In this document: positions 28,079 through 36,141 of the stretch, piece by piece
How positions within the stretch are numbered: position 1 is the stretch's first letter
Layout: the number at the start of each line of letters is the position of its first letter
Assembly (NCBI GenBank): GCA_015064505.1
Contig: SVSB01000002.1
Span: 47,229 to 111,228, forward strand
Length of the DNA stretch: 64,000 nt
DNA from: Oscillospiraceae bacterium
Lineage (GTDB): Bacteria; Bacillota; Clostridia; Oscillospirales; CAG-272
Direction of reading: 5' to 3'
Made by a program: the position numbers and the translations under genes
Notes under the pieces: model-generated
The model's database searches: none
Seen by the model: only the letters and a program-made list of their open reading frames with translations
What the model was told of the DNA's origin: nothing

Positions 28079-29875
28079 ATGAGATACGCGAAGACAGTTG
28101 CCCTGCTTTTATCCCTGCTTACCCTTGCGTCCTGCGCAAGTACCCCACCGACGGAAACTACCGCCGATAACGTAACTGAAGGAAGTGATCCCGTGACAGA
28201 ACCCGTTAAGCTCCCAGAGCCGAAGCTTACAAGTATATACGAGCTTAATCCCAAGCACGAGGAGGGCAGCCACACCGATATGACCTCCACCTCTTTTCTT
28301 GAGGCGGATTACCGCTCCCGCAACGAAATATCGGAGGATATCGCCAAAGCGACCGTTCCTTATTACACCAGATTAAAGCAGCTGCCCGACGGAAGCTACA
28401 TACTGCTTTATAATGACGAGCATAACGGCAAGGGCGTGCGTATGCTCAGAAGCGAGGACGGAGTAAACTGGGGAGAATACTCCACCGTTTTCGCTCAATA
28501 CTCGGACAAGGTATACGCAAACCCCGATGCCCTCGTGCTTCAGAACGGCGATATACTCTGCTGTGCCGCCTGGCGCCACACGGGCTCCTATTACAGAAAC
28601 CCCTCCAAGGGCGGCATCTCCATCAAGCGCTCCACTGATAACGGAAAGACCTGGGGCAAGGAGCAGGTTATATTTATCGGCATAAACTGGGAGCCCTATA
28701 TGCTCCAGCTCCGCTCGGGCGAGATACAGATATACTGGACGAACACCACCTGCTACGTGCTTCCCTCCTGCAACAACACCTCCACGGGAACGGCTATACT
28801 CCGCTCCTACGATAACGGCTATACCTGGACGGGAGACCTCTCCAAGGTATATTCAGGTCAGGTGGTTGCAAAGCAGGCAACGGAGCTGATCGACGGCGTA
28901 CAGTTTTACACGGATCAGATGCCCGTTGCCGTTGAATTGCAGAACGGCACCATTGCCCTTGCTCTGGAAAGCCGCCTTAACCGCAACAACACCTACCGCA
29001 TCACCATGGCGTATTCAAGCGATAACTGGGCGGAAAGCATCCCCCTTGACGGAGAGGGTCCCGCAGACAAGCTGACTAACCACTTCGTAGGTACCGCGCC
29101 CTATATCGCACAGTTCCCCTCGGGAGAGGTTATTTTGCGCTACAGCCGTCTTAACACCTCCACCCTTCATCTGGCAGACCCCACGGGACATAATTTTACC
29201 ACCAAGACCGTAAAGCTTGACAATATGAAGTATTGGGGATGCATAGAGCTTGTGGACAACAAGCACACCGCCGTGGTGTGCAGCACCACCAGATATAACG
29301 AGGGTAAGGAAAACGAGCTGTTCAGGCTCACCACCCAAAAGGTAAATCTTAACCACACTCTGTTTATCAAGGACGTTGATATTACCGTTGACGGCAACAG
29401 CGCGGAATGGGGCACGGATCACGACGCCTTGTTCGTGGGAAGCGAGAGCCAGGCGCAGATGAGCGTGCGCTTTGCAAGAAGTGAAAAGGGACTGGGCATA
29501 CTTATCGACCGTCTTGATTACGATCTTACTTCAAAGGATTCATCCACGGTGCGCATTGCAATGCCACAGAACAAATTGAGCTATATTGAAGTGACCGTAA
29601 ACCCCGACGGAAGCTACACGGCAAAGAAGCTGGTTGACGGCATACACACGGATATTGCCGTAGAATGCGCCGTTACCGTATTCGGAACCGTTGATAACGG
29701 AGACGACACGGACGAGGGCTATCTTGCGGAGATTCTTATCCCCGCAGAGCATCTGCCCGAGGAGCTTGCGGTATACGCAATGCTCTACAACAAGGACACC
29801 AAGGGCGCGGGCGCTTACGACAGCCCCGATATGATGAACGAGAATAACAATGTTGAATGGATAAAACTCAAGTAA
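28079..29875 (+). CDS. Lipoprotein: Asp-box sialidase-like beta-propeller + C-terminal CBM9-like domain (598 aa)
   Basis: Signal peptide + lipobox (LASCAST). Asp-boxes STDNGKTW and SYDNGYTW. C-terminal ~190 aa with DGNSAEWGTD…LFVG resembles carbohydrate-binding module family 9. Confidence 0.7.
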   Translation: MRYAKTVALLLSLLTLASCASTPPTETTADNVTEGSDPVTEPVKLPEPKLTSIYELNPKHEEGSHTDMTSTSFLEADYRSRNEISEDIAKATVPYYTRLKQLPDGSYILLYNDEHNGKGVRMLRSEDGVNWGEYSTVFAQYSDKVYANPDALVLQNGDILCCAAWRHTGSYYRNPSKGGISIKRSTDNGKTWGKEQVIFIGINWEPYMLQLRSGEIQIYWTNTTCYVLPSCNNTSTGTAILRSYDNGYTWTGDLSKVYSGQVVAKQATELIDGVQFYTDQMPVAVELQNGTIALALESRLNRNNTYRITMAYSSDNWAESIPLDGEGPADKLTNHFVGTAPYIAQFPSGEVILRYSRLNTSTLHLADPTGHNFTTKTVKLDNMKYWGCIELVDNKHTAVVCSTTRYNEGKENELFRLTTQKVNLNHTLFIKDVDITVDGNSAEWGTDHDALFVGSESQAQMSVRFARSEKGLGILIDRLDYDLTSKDSSTVRIAMPQNKLSYIEVTVNPDGSYTAKKLVDGIHTDIAVECAVTVFGTVDNGDDTDEGYLAEILIPAEHLPEELAVYAMLYNKDTKGAGAYDSPDMMNENNNVEWIKLK

Positions 29876-29878
29876 ACT

Positions 29879-29903
29879 AAAAGGGCGGTACGTACCGCCC
29901 TTT
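29879..29903 (+). terminator. Rho-independent terminator (aaagggcggtacgtaccgcccttt)
   Basis: Perfect palindromic hairpin after the stop codon at 29875. Confidence 0.8.
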
Positions 29904-29911
29904 CAGTTTAC

Positions 29912-29941
29912 TTGACATTTACTTTATTTTTGCTGTATACT
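29912..29941 (+). promoter_or_regulatory. Sigma-A-like promoter: TTGACA, 18 nt spacer, TATACT
   Basis: Consensus -35 and near-consensus -10, 30 nt upstream of the 29970 start. Confidence 0.5.
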
Positions 29942-29969
29942 TAAATCATCAAAACACAAGGGGAAAAAG

Positions 29970-31763
29970 ATGAAGATCAGACGCTTGGCAATACTGCTTG
30001 CATTACTCGCGCTTTGTTCCTGCAACGGAAAAGCACCCCAAACCACGGATACTCCAACGACCTCCGAGGAAATAACGGAGCAGCTTCACGACGGTTTTGT
30101 AGAGCCTCCGTACCTTTCTTCCTTTTACGATATAATAAAGAATAACGCGGAGGGCAGCCACACGGAGCTGTATATCCTCTCCACCCTTGAAGCGGACTTC
30201 CGCTCCCACCAAAATATCGACAGCTCCGTTACCGCATCCGTCGCCCCCTACTATATACGCATAAAGGAGCTTTCCGACGGCAGCTTTATTATGGTATATA
30301 ACGAAGTGAAAAACGGCGATGGCGTAAGGATGCTTACAAGTGCCGACGGCGTTAATTGGGGCGGCTACGCCACCGTATTCCAGCCGACGGAAACGAAAAA
30401 GTACGCAAACCCCGAGGTAATAGTTCTTGCAAACGGGGATCTGCTTTGCTGTGCCGCCTGGCGCATAACCCCCGATTATCTTACCAATAACTCAAAGGGC
30501 GGCATCGAGATAAAGCGCTCCACGGATAACGGAAAGACCTGGAGCGAGGCGCAGAACGTTTCCACGGGTCTTGCCTGGGAGCCATATTTTCTGCAGCTGC
30601 GCTCGGGAGAGGTTCAGCTTTACTGGACCAATACCACCCGCTACAATCTTCCCGGCGGAAACAACACCTCCACGGGCACGGCGCTGCTCCGCTCCTACGA
30701 TAACGGCGTTACCTGGACGGGCAACCCAAAGATCCCCTATTCGGGACAGGTGGTTGCAAAGCAGGCAACGGAATATTACGATCACGTGCAGTTCTATACG
30801 GATCAGATGCCCGTTGCGGTTGAGCTTCAAAACGGCACGATCGCCCTTGCCCTTGAAAGCCGCCTTGACAGAGACGGCAACTGCTACGTTACTATGGCGT
30901 ACTCCCCCGATAATTGGTCGGTTAATATTCCGAAGAACGGAGAGGGCCCCGCTGACAAGCAGGAAAATATGAACCGCGGCGGCGGACCTTACCTTGCACA
31001 GTTCCCCTCGGGCGAGACGGTACTGAAATATTCATACAGCACTATCTTCAATCTGAAGTTGGGTGACCCGGAGGCAAGAGTTTTCACCAAGAATGCACTT
31101 AAATTCGACGATATGAAGAATTTTTCTTCCTTTGAGCTCCTCTCAAACGGTCATACGGTCATCTGCTCCGGCGGAGCTCCCTATACGGACGAAAAGGGCG
31201 CGGAGTGCTTCACCGTATGCACCCAAAGAGTAAATCTGAATCACGCACTGTTTTTAGCGGAGCAGGAGGTGACAGTTGACGGTAACGGCGCCGAATGGAA
31301 GAATAACGGAGAGGCGCTCTTCGTGGGCAGTAAAAGTCAGGCGCAGATGAGCGTGCGCTTTGCAAGAAGCGGTGAGGGACTGGGCGTACTTATAGACCGC
31401 CTTGATTACGATATTACAAGCGAGGATTCCTCCACCGTGCGCATCGCACTGCCCCACAACAAATTAAGCTATATAGAGATAACGGTAAAGGGCGACGGAA
31501 GCCACAAGGCTTTTATGATTGCGGACGGAGAGCATAGGGATATTACCGTGCAGTGCGCCGTTACCAATTTCGGAAAGCCCGATAACGTTGAGGATACGGA
31601 CGAAGGTATGCTTATTGAGCTTCTTATTCCCTCGGAATACCTGCCCGAAAGCATTTCCGTATGCCCCGCCCTCTACAACAAGGATACGGGCAAGGCGGGC
31701 ACCTACGATCAACCCGAATGGAATTACGAAACCGTCAACACCACTTGGTATCCGCTTAAATAA
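29970..31763 (+). CDS. Lipoprotein: Asp-box sialidase-like beta-propeller + CBM9-like domain (597 aa), tandem paralog
   Basis: Signal peptide + lipobox (ALCSCNG). STDNGKTW, SYDNGVTW. Colinear with the 28079 product. Confidence 0.7.
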   Translation: MKIRRLAILLALLALCSCNGKAPQTTDTPTTSEEITEQLHDGFVEPPYLSSFYDIIKNNAEGSHTELYILSTLEADFRSHQNIDSSVTASVAPYYIRIKELSDGSFIMVYNEVKNGDGVRMLTSADGVNWGGYATVFQPTETKKYANPEVIVLANGDLLCCAAWRITPDYLTNNSKGGIEIKRSTDNGKTWSEAQNVSTGLAWEPYFLQLRSGEVQLYWTNTTRYNLPGGNNTSTGTALLRSYDNGVTWTGNPKIPYSGQVVAKQATEYYDHVQFYTDQMPVAVELQNGTIALALESRLDRDGNCYVTMAYSPDNWSVNIPKNGEGPADKQENMNRGGGPYLAQFPSGETVLKYSYSTIFNLKLGDPEARVFTKNALKFDDMKNFSSFELLSNGHTVICSGGAPYTDEKGAECFTVCTQRVNLNHALFLAEQEVTVDGNGAEWKNNGEALFVGSKSQAQMSVRFARSGEGLGVLIDRLDYDITSEDSSTVRIALPHNKLSYIEITVKGDGSHKAFMIADGEHRDITVQCAVTNFGKPDNVEDTDEGMLIELLIPSEYLPESISVCPALYNKDTGKAGTYDQPEWNYETVNTTWYPLK

Positions 31764-31805
31764 AAAATATCCGCAGCACCAAACGGTACTGCGGATATTT
31801 TTATT
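31763..31805. terminator. Bidirectional hairpin terminator (atatccgcag..ctgcggatat) flanked by A-run and T-run
   Basis: Sits between the convergent 29970 gene (+) and rtcB (-). Confidence 0.8.
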
Positions 31806-33009
31806 CTGCCGCCTTGAAGTTGTAAATGGGCTTTATTATTTTGATTATTTCTGCGGTGGGCTCGATATTTTCAACGATCTCGTCCATGCTCTTATAAGCC
31901 ATGGGCGATTCGTCAAGAGTGTCGGGGACCACGCAGGTGGAGTATATACCCGCCATCTCCGCCTCGTATTCCGCCATGGTAAGCTGCTCAAATGCCTTGG
32001 AGCGGGACATAAGGCGCCCCGCACCGTGAGGCGCGGAAAAATTCCAATCCTCATTGCCCTTGCCAATGCAGATAAGGGAGCCGTCGCGCATATTGATGGG
32101 GATGAGAAGCTTCTCCCCCGCCTTTGCGGATACCGCGCCCTTGCGGACTATCATCTCGTTCACGTCCACGTAATTATGTATGGTCTGAAAGGTCTCCACC
32201 GCGGTCCACCCAAGACGCTCAAGTATGATCTCCGCCATTCTTTCGCGGTTTCTTTCCGCAAATTGCTGGCAGATATCCACGTCGTAGAGATAATCCTCCA
32301 TGAAAGAGCCGTAAAGGAAGCAAAGATCGCGGGGGAGAGTAGGCTCCTTTGCCTCCCATTCCCTTGCCATTTTCTTTAAGGTTGGCTGTATCTCCGCACG
32401 TCTTCCCTGCTCCTTATAGGTGCGGATTATCTCCTCGCGCCGCTTGAAATAATCCTCCTTGCCCATATTGAGGTCAACGGCGATCTGCTGGTAAAACTCC
32501 GCCACCTGCGTGCCGAGATTGCGCGAGCCCGAGTGGATAACGAGATACTTGCCGCCATCCCCGTCCTCGTCTATCTCAATAAAGTGGTTGCCGCCGCCGA
32601 GGGTGCCGAGGGATCGCTCAAGACGTCTGGTGTCCCTCAGATATCTGTAGCAGCGAAGGCGCGTAAGATCAAAGCGCTCCGTTCTGCCCTCCCAGACGTT
32701 TCTGCCGCAGGGGATGAAATGTGCCGCCTCGTCCACCTTTTCAAAGTCTATATCTATATTACCGAGGTACACGGTGTACATTCCGCAACCGATATCAACT
32801 CCCACCATGGAGGGAACCACCTTGTCGGTCACGGTCATGGTGGTGCCGATGGTGCAGCCCTTGCCCGCGTGAACGTCGGGCATTATTCTTATCTTTGAGG
32901 AGGCAAACGCCTCCGTATCGCACACCGCCTTGATCTGCTCCCGTGCACCGTCCTCAAGGGTAGACGCAAAGCATATTGCAGTGTTGAAATTTCCTGTTAT
33001 TTCTATCAT
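31801..33009 (-). CDS. rtcB: RtcB RNA 3'-phosphate / 2',3'-cyclic phosphate-5'-OH ligase (402 aa)
   Basis: Hallmark motifs DVHAGKGCTIG, GGGNHFIE, LIPINMRDGSLI, SAPHGAGR (His nucleophile). aaaggatag RBS. Confidence 0.85.
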   Translation of the reverse strand: MIEITGNFNTAICFASTLEDGAREQIKAVCDTEAFASSKIRIMPDVHAGKGCTIGTTMTVTDKVVPSMVGVDIGCGMYTVYLGNIDIDFEKVDEAAHFIPCGRNVWEGRTERFDLTRLRCYRYLRDTRRLERSLGTLGGGNHFIEIDEDGDGGKYLVIHSGSRNLGTQVAEFYQQIAVDLNMGKEDYFKRREEIIRTYKEQGRRAEIQPTLKKMAREWEAKEPTLPRDLCFLYGSFMEDYLYDVDICQQFAERNRERMAEIILERLGWTAVETFQTIHNYVDVNEMIVRKGAVSAKAGEKLLIPINMRDGSLICIGKGNEDWNFSAPHGAGRLMSRSKAFEQLTMAEYEAEMAGIYSTCVVPDTLDESPMAYKSMDEIVENIEPTAEIIKIIKPIYNFKAAE

Positions 33010-33014
33010 AATAT

Positions 33015-34133
33015 CTATCCTTTCATAGCGCCGACCGTTTCTCCGTTCAATATCGCCGTAAGCTGAGAGAGCATATTTCCGTTGCCGTTAAGTGAAATAT
33101 TGCCAACGTTCTCACAAATGCGCTCAACGTACTCAAGCTCCTTTAATTTATAAAGGGTCTTGTTTTCGTCCATCAGCTTTGCCGTGTTTAAAAGCGAACG
33201 GGTGGAGGCGACCTCCTCGCGGCGGGTAATTACGTTTGCCTGTGCGCGCTTTTCTGCCACCAGCACCGTGTTCATTATCTCGCGGATCTCACCGGGGAGA
33301 ATAATATCCTTAACGCCCGCATCCCTGAATTCAACGAAGAGCTCCGTTTCCTTTGCCTTCAGCCTTTCAAAAACGAATTCCGACATTTCCGCCTTTTTCT
33401 CAAGTATCTCGTCAAGCTTGTATTGCCCCACGTAATCGCGCAGAGCAAGCTGTGCGGCAACGTGGATCTGCTCCTCAAAATCGTCTACCTCCGTTATCAT
33501 TTTGACGATATCGGCAACGCGGTAGTTGCAAACGAAATTGATGCGGAGCGATACCTTATCTGCGGTAAGCATCTCCTGCCCCGTGATCTTCAGCTGTGTA
33601 AGACGTGTATCAACGTAATGCACGCCGACAGCGGTGGAAGTATTCCAAAAATAGTACGTTCCTGCATCCAAAACCCGAACAAGCTTATTGCCGAAGTACA
33701 GCAAAGCCTTCTGGAACTCCGCAACCTCTATCCTGGTATACAGGGTATTGGGTATTTTTTGGAATATATACTCGGGAACGGACCCATCCACCGTAGGCTC
33801 GGAGATATCCACCGTTTTGAATTCGTGGCGATCCGTGACAGCCCAGAAGGCGTGCTTGCCCTCGGTGAGCACGGAGGAAAATCTGCCGTTTACGTAGTGG
33901 AGGGCAAGCTCCTCGTCGCCAACCTCAACAACGGCCACCTTATCCGCAACCTCTTTATCCGCGAGCAGGGTTTCAAGGGAGCATTTCTTGCAGGATATGG
34001 GTTGACCGAGCTCCGAGAGCTCAACCGAATCCGATCCGAACAGCATATACCTTCCCGCGCCAAGCGTCTTTATGTACTTTCCGTTTTTAAAGAGAAATCC
34101 CCTCATATTTTCGTTTATGATTATCTTTTTCAT
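33015..34133 (-). CDS. Cytoplasmic SPFH / band-7 (stomatin-prohibitin-like) domain protein (372 aa from ATG 34133)
   Basis: Stomatin-like blocks LRDYVGQYKLDEILEKKAEMSEFV and EIREIMNTVLVAEKRAQANVI. No TM helix. 5-nt gap to rtcB. Confidence 0.6.
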   Translation of the reverse strand: MKKIIINENMRGFLFKNGKYIKTLGAGRYMLFGSDSVELSELGQPISCKKCSLETLLADKEVADKVAVVEVGDEELALHYVNGRFSSVLTEGKHAFWAVTDRHEFKTVDISEPTVDGSVPEYIFQKIPNTLYTRIEVAEFQKALLYFGNKLVRVLDAGTYYFWNTSTAVGVHYVDTRLTQLKITGQEMLTADKVSLRINFVCNYRVADIVKMITEVDDFEEQIHVAAQLALRDYVGQYKLDEILEKKAEMSEFVFERLKAKETELFVEFRDAGVKDIILPGEIREIMNTVLVAEKRAQANVITRREEVASTRSLLNTAKLMDENKTLYKLKELEYVERICENVGNISLNGNGNMLSQLTAILNGETVGAMKG

Positions 34134-34148
34134 AATATGCATCCTTTC

Positions 34149-34769
34149 TTATCTTTCTATCCGTTTTTGTCCTGTTTTACCGTAACCGAAGCAATCGCGG
34201 TAAAGCTTTTTGCCCACGTAATCTTTGTATTTGTAGCAATCGTATCTGCAGTTTTCGTTCCAATAGCTTATCATACGTGCGTGGGCAAGCTTAATATAAT
34301 CAAAATTAAGCTCACAAAGCTCCTTATATTCTTCACAGCCTCTATCCGAAAGCCTTTGATATACCGACTCAAGTATTTCCGTTACGTATTCGTCGCAGAC
34401 CTTTACCACGTACGGAAGAGCCCCGTCAAAAAGCTCTGAATCAAGAAGTGCTTCAATATGCTTTTGGCGTACGTATCCGTCGTAGCTTCTTGAAAAAATG
34501 CACCGATATACGGCTCTTTGACGCGGGGTAAGCTTGTTTCCTTGATCTTCCTCTTCCCTTACGTAAATTCGGTAAGGAATATCCACCGTCTCCCCCGTGG
34601 GCAAGCGCCATTTGGTGCTTGCCTCGCTGTACAGCGAACCGTCGTACGCCTCGCTTTTTATCTTCAAAGTATCGCAAACGGCTTCAACGTCCGCCGAATA
34701 TTCAGACGGAAACGCCTTCAAAAGCCGCGAAACGAAACGTTTTCTTTTTGTTCTGAAAAACAACAGCAT
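34149..34769 (-). CDS. Hypothetical protein (207 aa from ATG 34769), first gene of the rtcB operon; Cys-rich C-terminus
   Basis: GGGGAGGAAG RBS 6 nt before ATG (MLLFFRTKRKRF…). 6-nt gap to the SPFH gene. No recognisable motif. Confidence 0.5.
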   Translation of the reverse strand: MLLFFRTKRKRFVSRLLKAFPSEYSADVEAVCDTLKIKSEAYDGSLYSEASTKWRLPTGETVDIPYRIYVREEEDQGNKLTPRQRAVYRCIFSRSYDGYVRQKHIEALLDSELFDGALPYVVKVCDEYVTEILESVYQRLSDRGCEEYKELCELNFDYIKLAHARMISYWNENCRYDCYKYKDYVGKKLYRDCFGYGKTGQKRIER

Positions 34770-35036
34770 CTTAACTTCCTCCCCAAAGCTTACTTTACAG
34801 CGCCGAGTGCAAAAGCGGCGGCTGAAGGCTTGAGCGCCTCCGTTACGAAGCGGAAAGAATTCTTTTGGCTCCGTTCGGGATAACGCGGTATCCGTCCTCA
34901 GGCATGGCGCGCTTTTGCATTGCATGGATATCCGTGGTCTGCTTTTATCCTTGCTGATCGACTGCTGCCGCTCGGTTCCCACAAGCGACTGTAAACTTCA
35001 AATAGTTTTTTAATAAATAATCCTATCCACAGGCGA

Positions 35037-35082
35037 TACGTTTTTAACGCACGGCGGGATTCGAACCCGCGAAAAAGAGCTT
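35037..35082 (-). other. 3' half of a tRNA-Asn(GUU)-like sequence with no 5' half; candidate integration-site (att) scar or tRNA-mimic element
   Basis: Minus-strand RNA GGAGCCUGUUAAGCUCU UUUUC GCGGGUUCGAAUCCCGC CGUGCGU. That is a 5-bp anticodon stem with a 7-nt loop CU-GUU-AA, a 5-nt variable loop, a T-arm with TUCGAAU, and a 7-nt acceptor 3' strand. No D-arm or complementary 5' acceptor strand upstream. Confidence 0.55.
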
Positions 35083-35204
35083 AACAGGCTCCCGCAAGCC
35101 TTTTTGGGCATACACCTTGGAATATCCTCGTGCACCGCGGTGAAAACTATCCAAACACCGCAACCGGCCTTGCAAGCATATTTTACCATCGGTATACTCC
35201 CGCT

Positions 35205-35250
35205 TTCACGGAAAAAAAGCTGCGAACTCTCATCTGAGTCCGCAGCTTTT
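35205..35250. terminator. Hairpin (agctgcgaactc..gagtccgcagct) with T-runs on both sides, at the 3' end of the WYL gene pair
   Basis: Overlaps the stop codon at 35230-35232. Followed on the minus strand by TTTTTTTCC. Confidence 0.7.
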
Positions 35251-36141
35251 CTGTTTTTTCAGCTTTTCTTTTACCAATTCACGGAACTGCATAGGCTCCG
35301 TTACCTCCGCAAGAGGGCCGAAGGACAGTATCCTTATAAGCATTTCCGTTTCGTCGTCACGCACGTATTTTATCCTTACAGAATAGGTATTCTTCACCGT
35401 TTTCTCCGCCTGCTTCTCAAAATGGGCAAAATGGAGCATAAAGCGCTCAAGGGCGTTGCGCTCGTCCGTTATCTTCACGGTAACGGTATCGTATACTTTT
35501 TCCCGCTCCTCCCCTTCAAGCATTCTTTCGCCCGAATAACGCACGCAGGAGCGTATCTTTGCAAGATTGACCGTTGAAACGGATCTCCAGCCTGCAGTTA
35601 CCAGCCTGAACTTATCGTCCTTTACCGAATACTCAAGTCTTACGGGGTGGCAACGTATAAACATAGTCTTGCCGTTTCGGCTTGTCATCTCAAATCTTAT
35701 CTGATCGCCGTTGCGTATTGCGCGCAGTATAACGCGGAATTGGCGTATATATTCCTTATCCTCAAAGGGATCCCCATCGCAGTACTGATCGTAAATGCGG
35801 TAATCCTCCACGGTAAACAGAGGCTCCACACCCTCAAGCTCGGGCATTTTCACGTCAAAGAGCTTAACGCGTGGGTCCATGGCCACCGCCTTCAGCCATT
35901 GCTTCTGCAGAGTCGTCAGGGGCATATGGGGCTTATGCTCAATGGGTGTTGTCATATCCCTGCGGAGAAGCTGCCATTTTCCACCCTTAAGGGCAGGCAT
36001 TACGGAAAGCACGCTTTCCCCGAAGGCGCGCTCGCTTACTATCCTTTGCAGCTCCTTTTCCGAGCTTTCACCCTCCAGAATGCTGGATATTATGGCGGCA
36101 ACCGTGTTGTAATAGGCGGAATAAAGCTCGCTGAAGATCAT
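35230..36141 (-). CDS. WYL-WCX domain transcriptional regulator (PafC / BrxR-like), 303 aa
   Basis: WYL-like core FIRCHPVRLEYSVKDDKFRLVTAGWRS…VNLAKIRS. WCX-like C-terminus ETEMLIRILSFGPLAEVTEPMQFRELV. ATGA overlap with the upstream paralog. Confidence 0.65.
   Translation of the reverse strand: MIFSELYSAYYNTVAAIISSILEGESSEKELQRIVSERAFGESVLSVMPALKGGKWQLLRRDMTTPIEHKPHMPLTTLQKQWLKAVAMDPRVKLFDVKMPELEGVEPLFTVEDYRIYDQYCDGDPFEDKEYIRQFRVILRAIRNGDQIRFEMTSRNGKTMFIRCHPVRLEYSVKDDKFRLVTAGWRSVSTVNLAKIRSCVRYSGERMLEGEEREKVYDTVTVKITDERNALERFMLHFAHFEKQAEKTVKNTYSVRIKYVRDDETEMLIRILSFGPLAEVTEPMQFRELVKEKLKKQKSCGLR

Noticed and set aside
35030-35135. Possibility of an intact tRNA gene on the minus strand.
   Set aside because: Only the anticodon arm, variable loop, T-arm and acceptor 3' strand are present. 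The upstream ~45 nt cannot form a D-arm or a complementary acceptor 5' strand, so it is not a functional tRNA gene.
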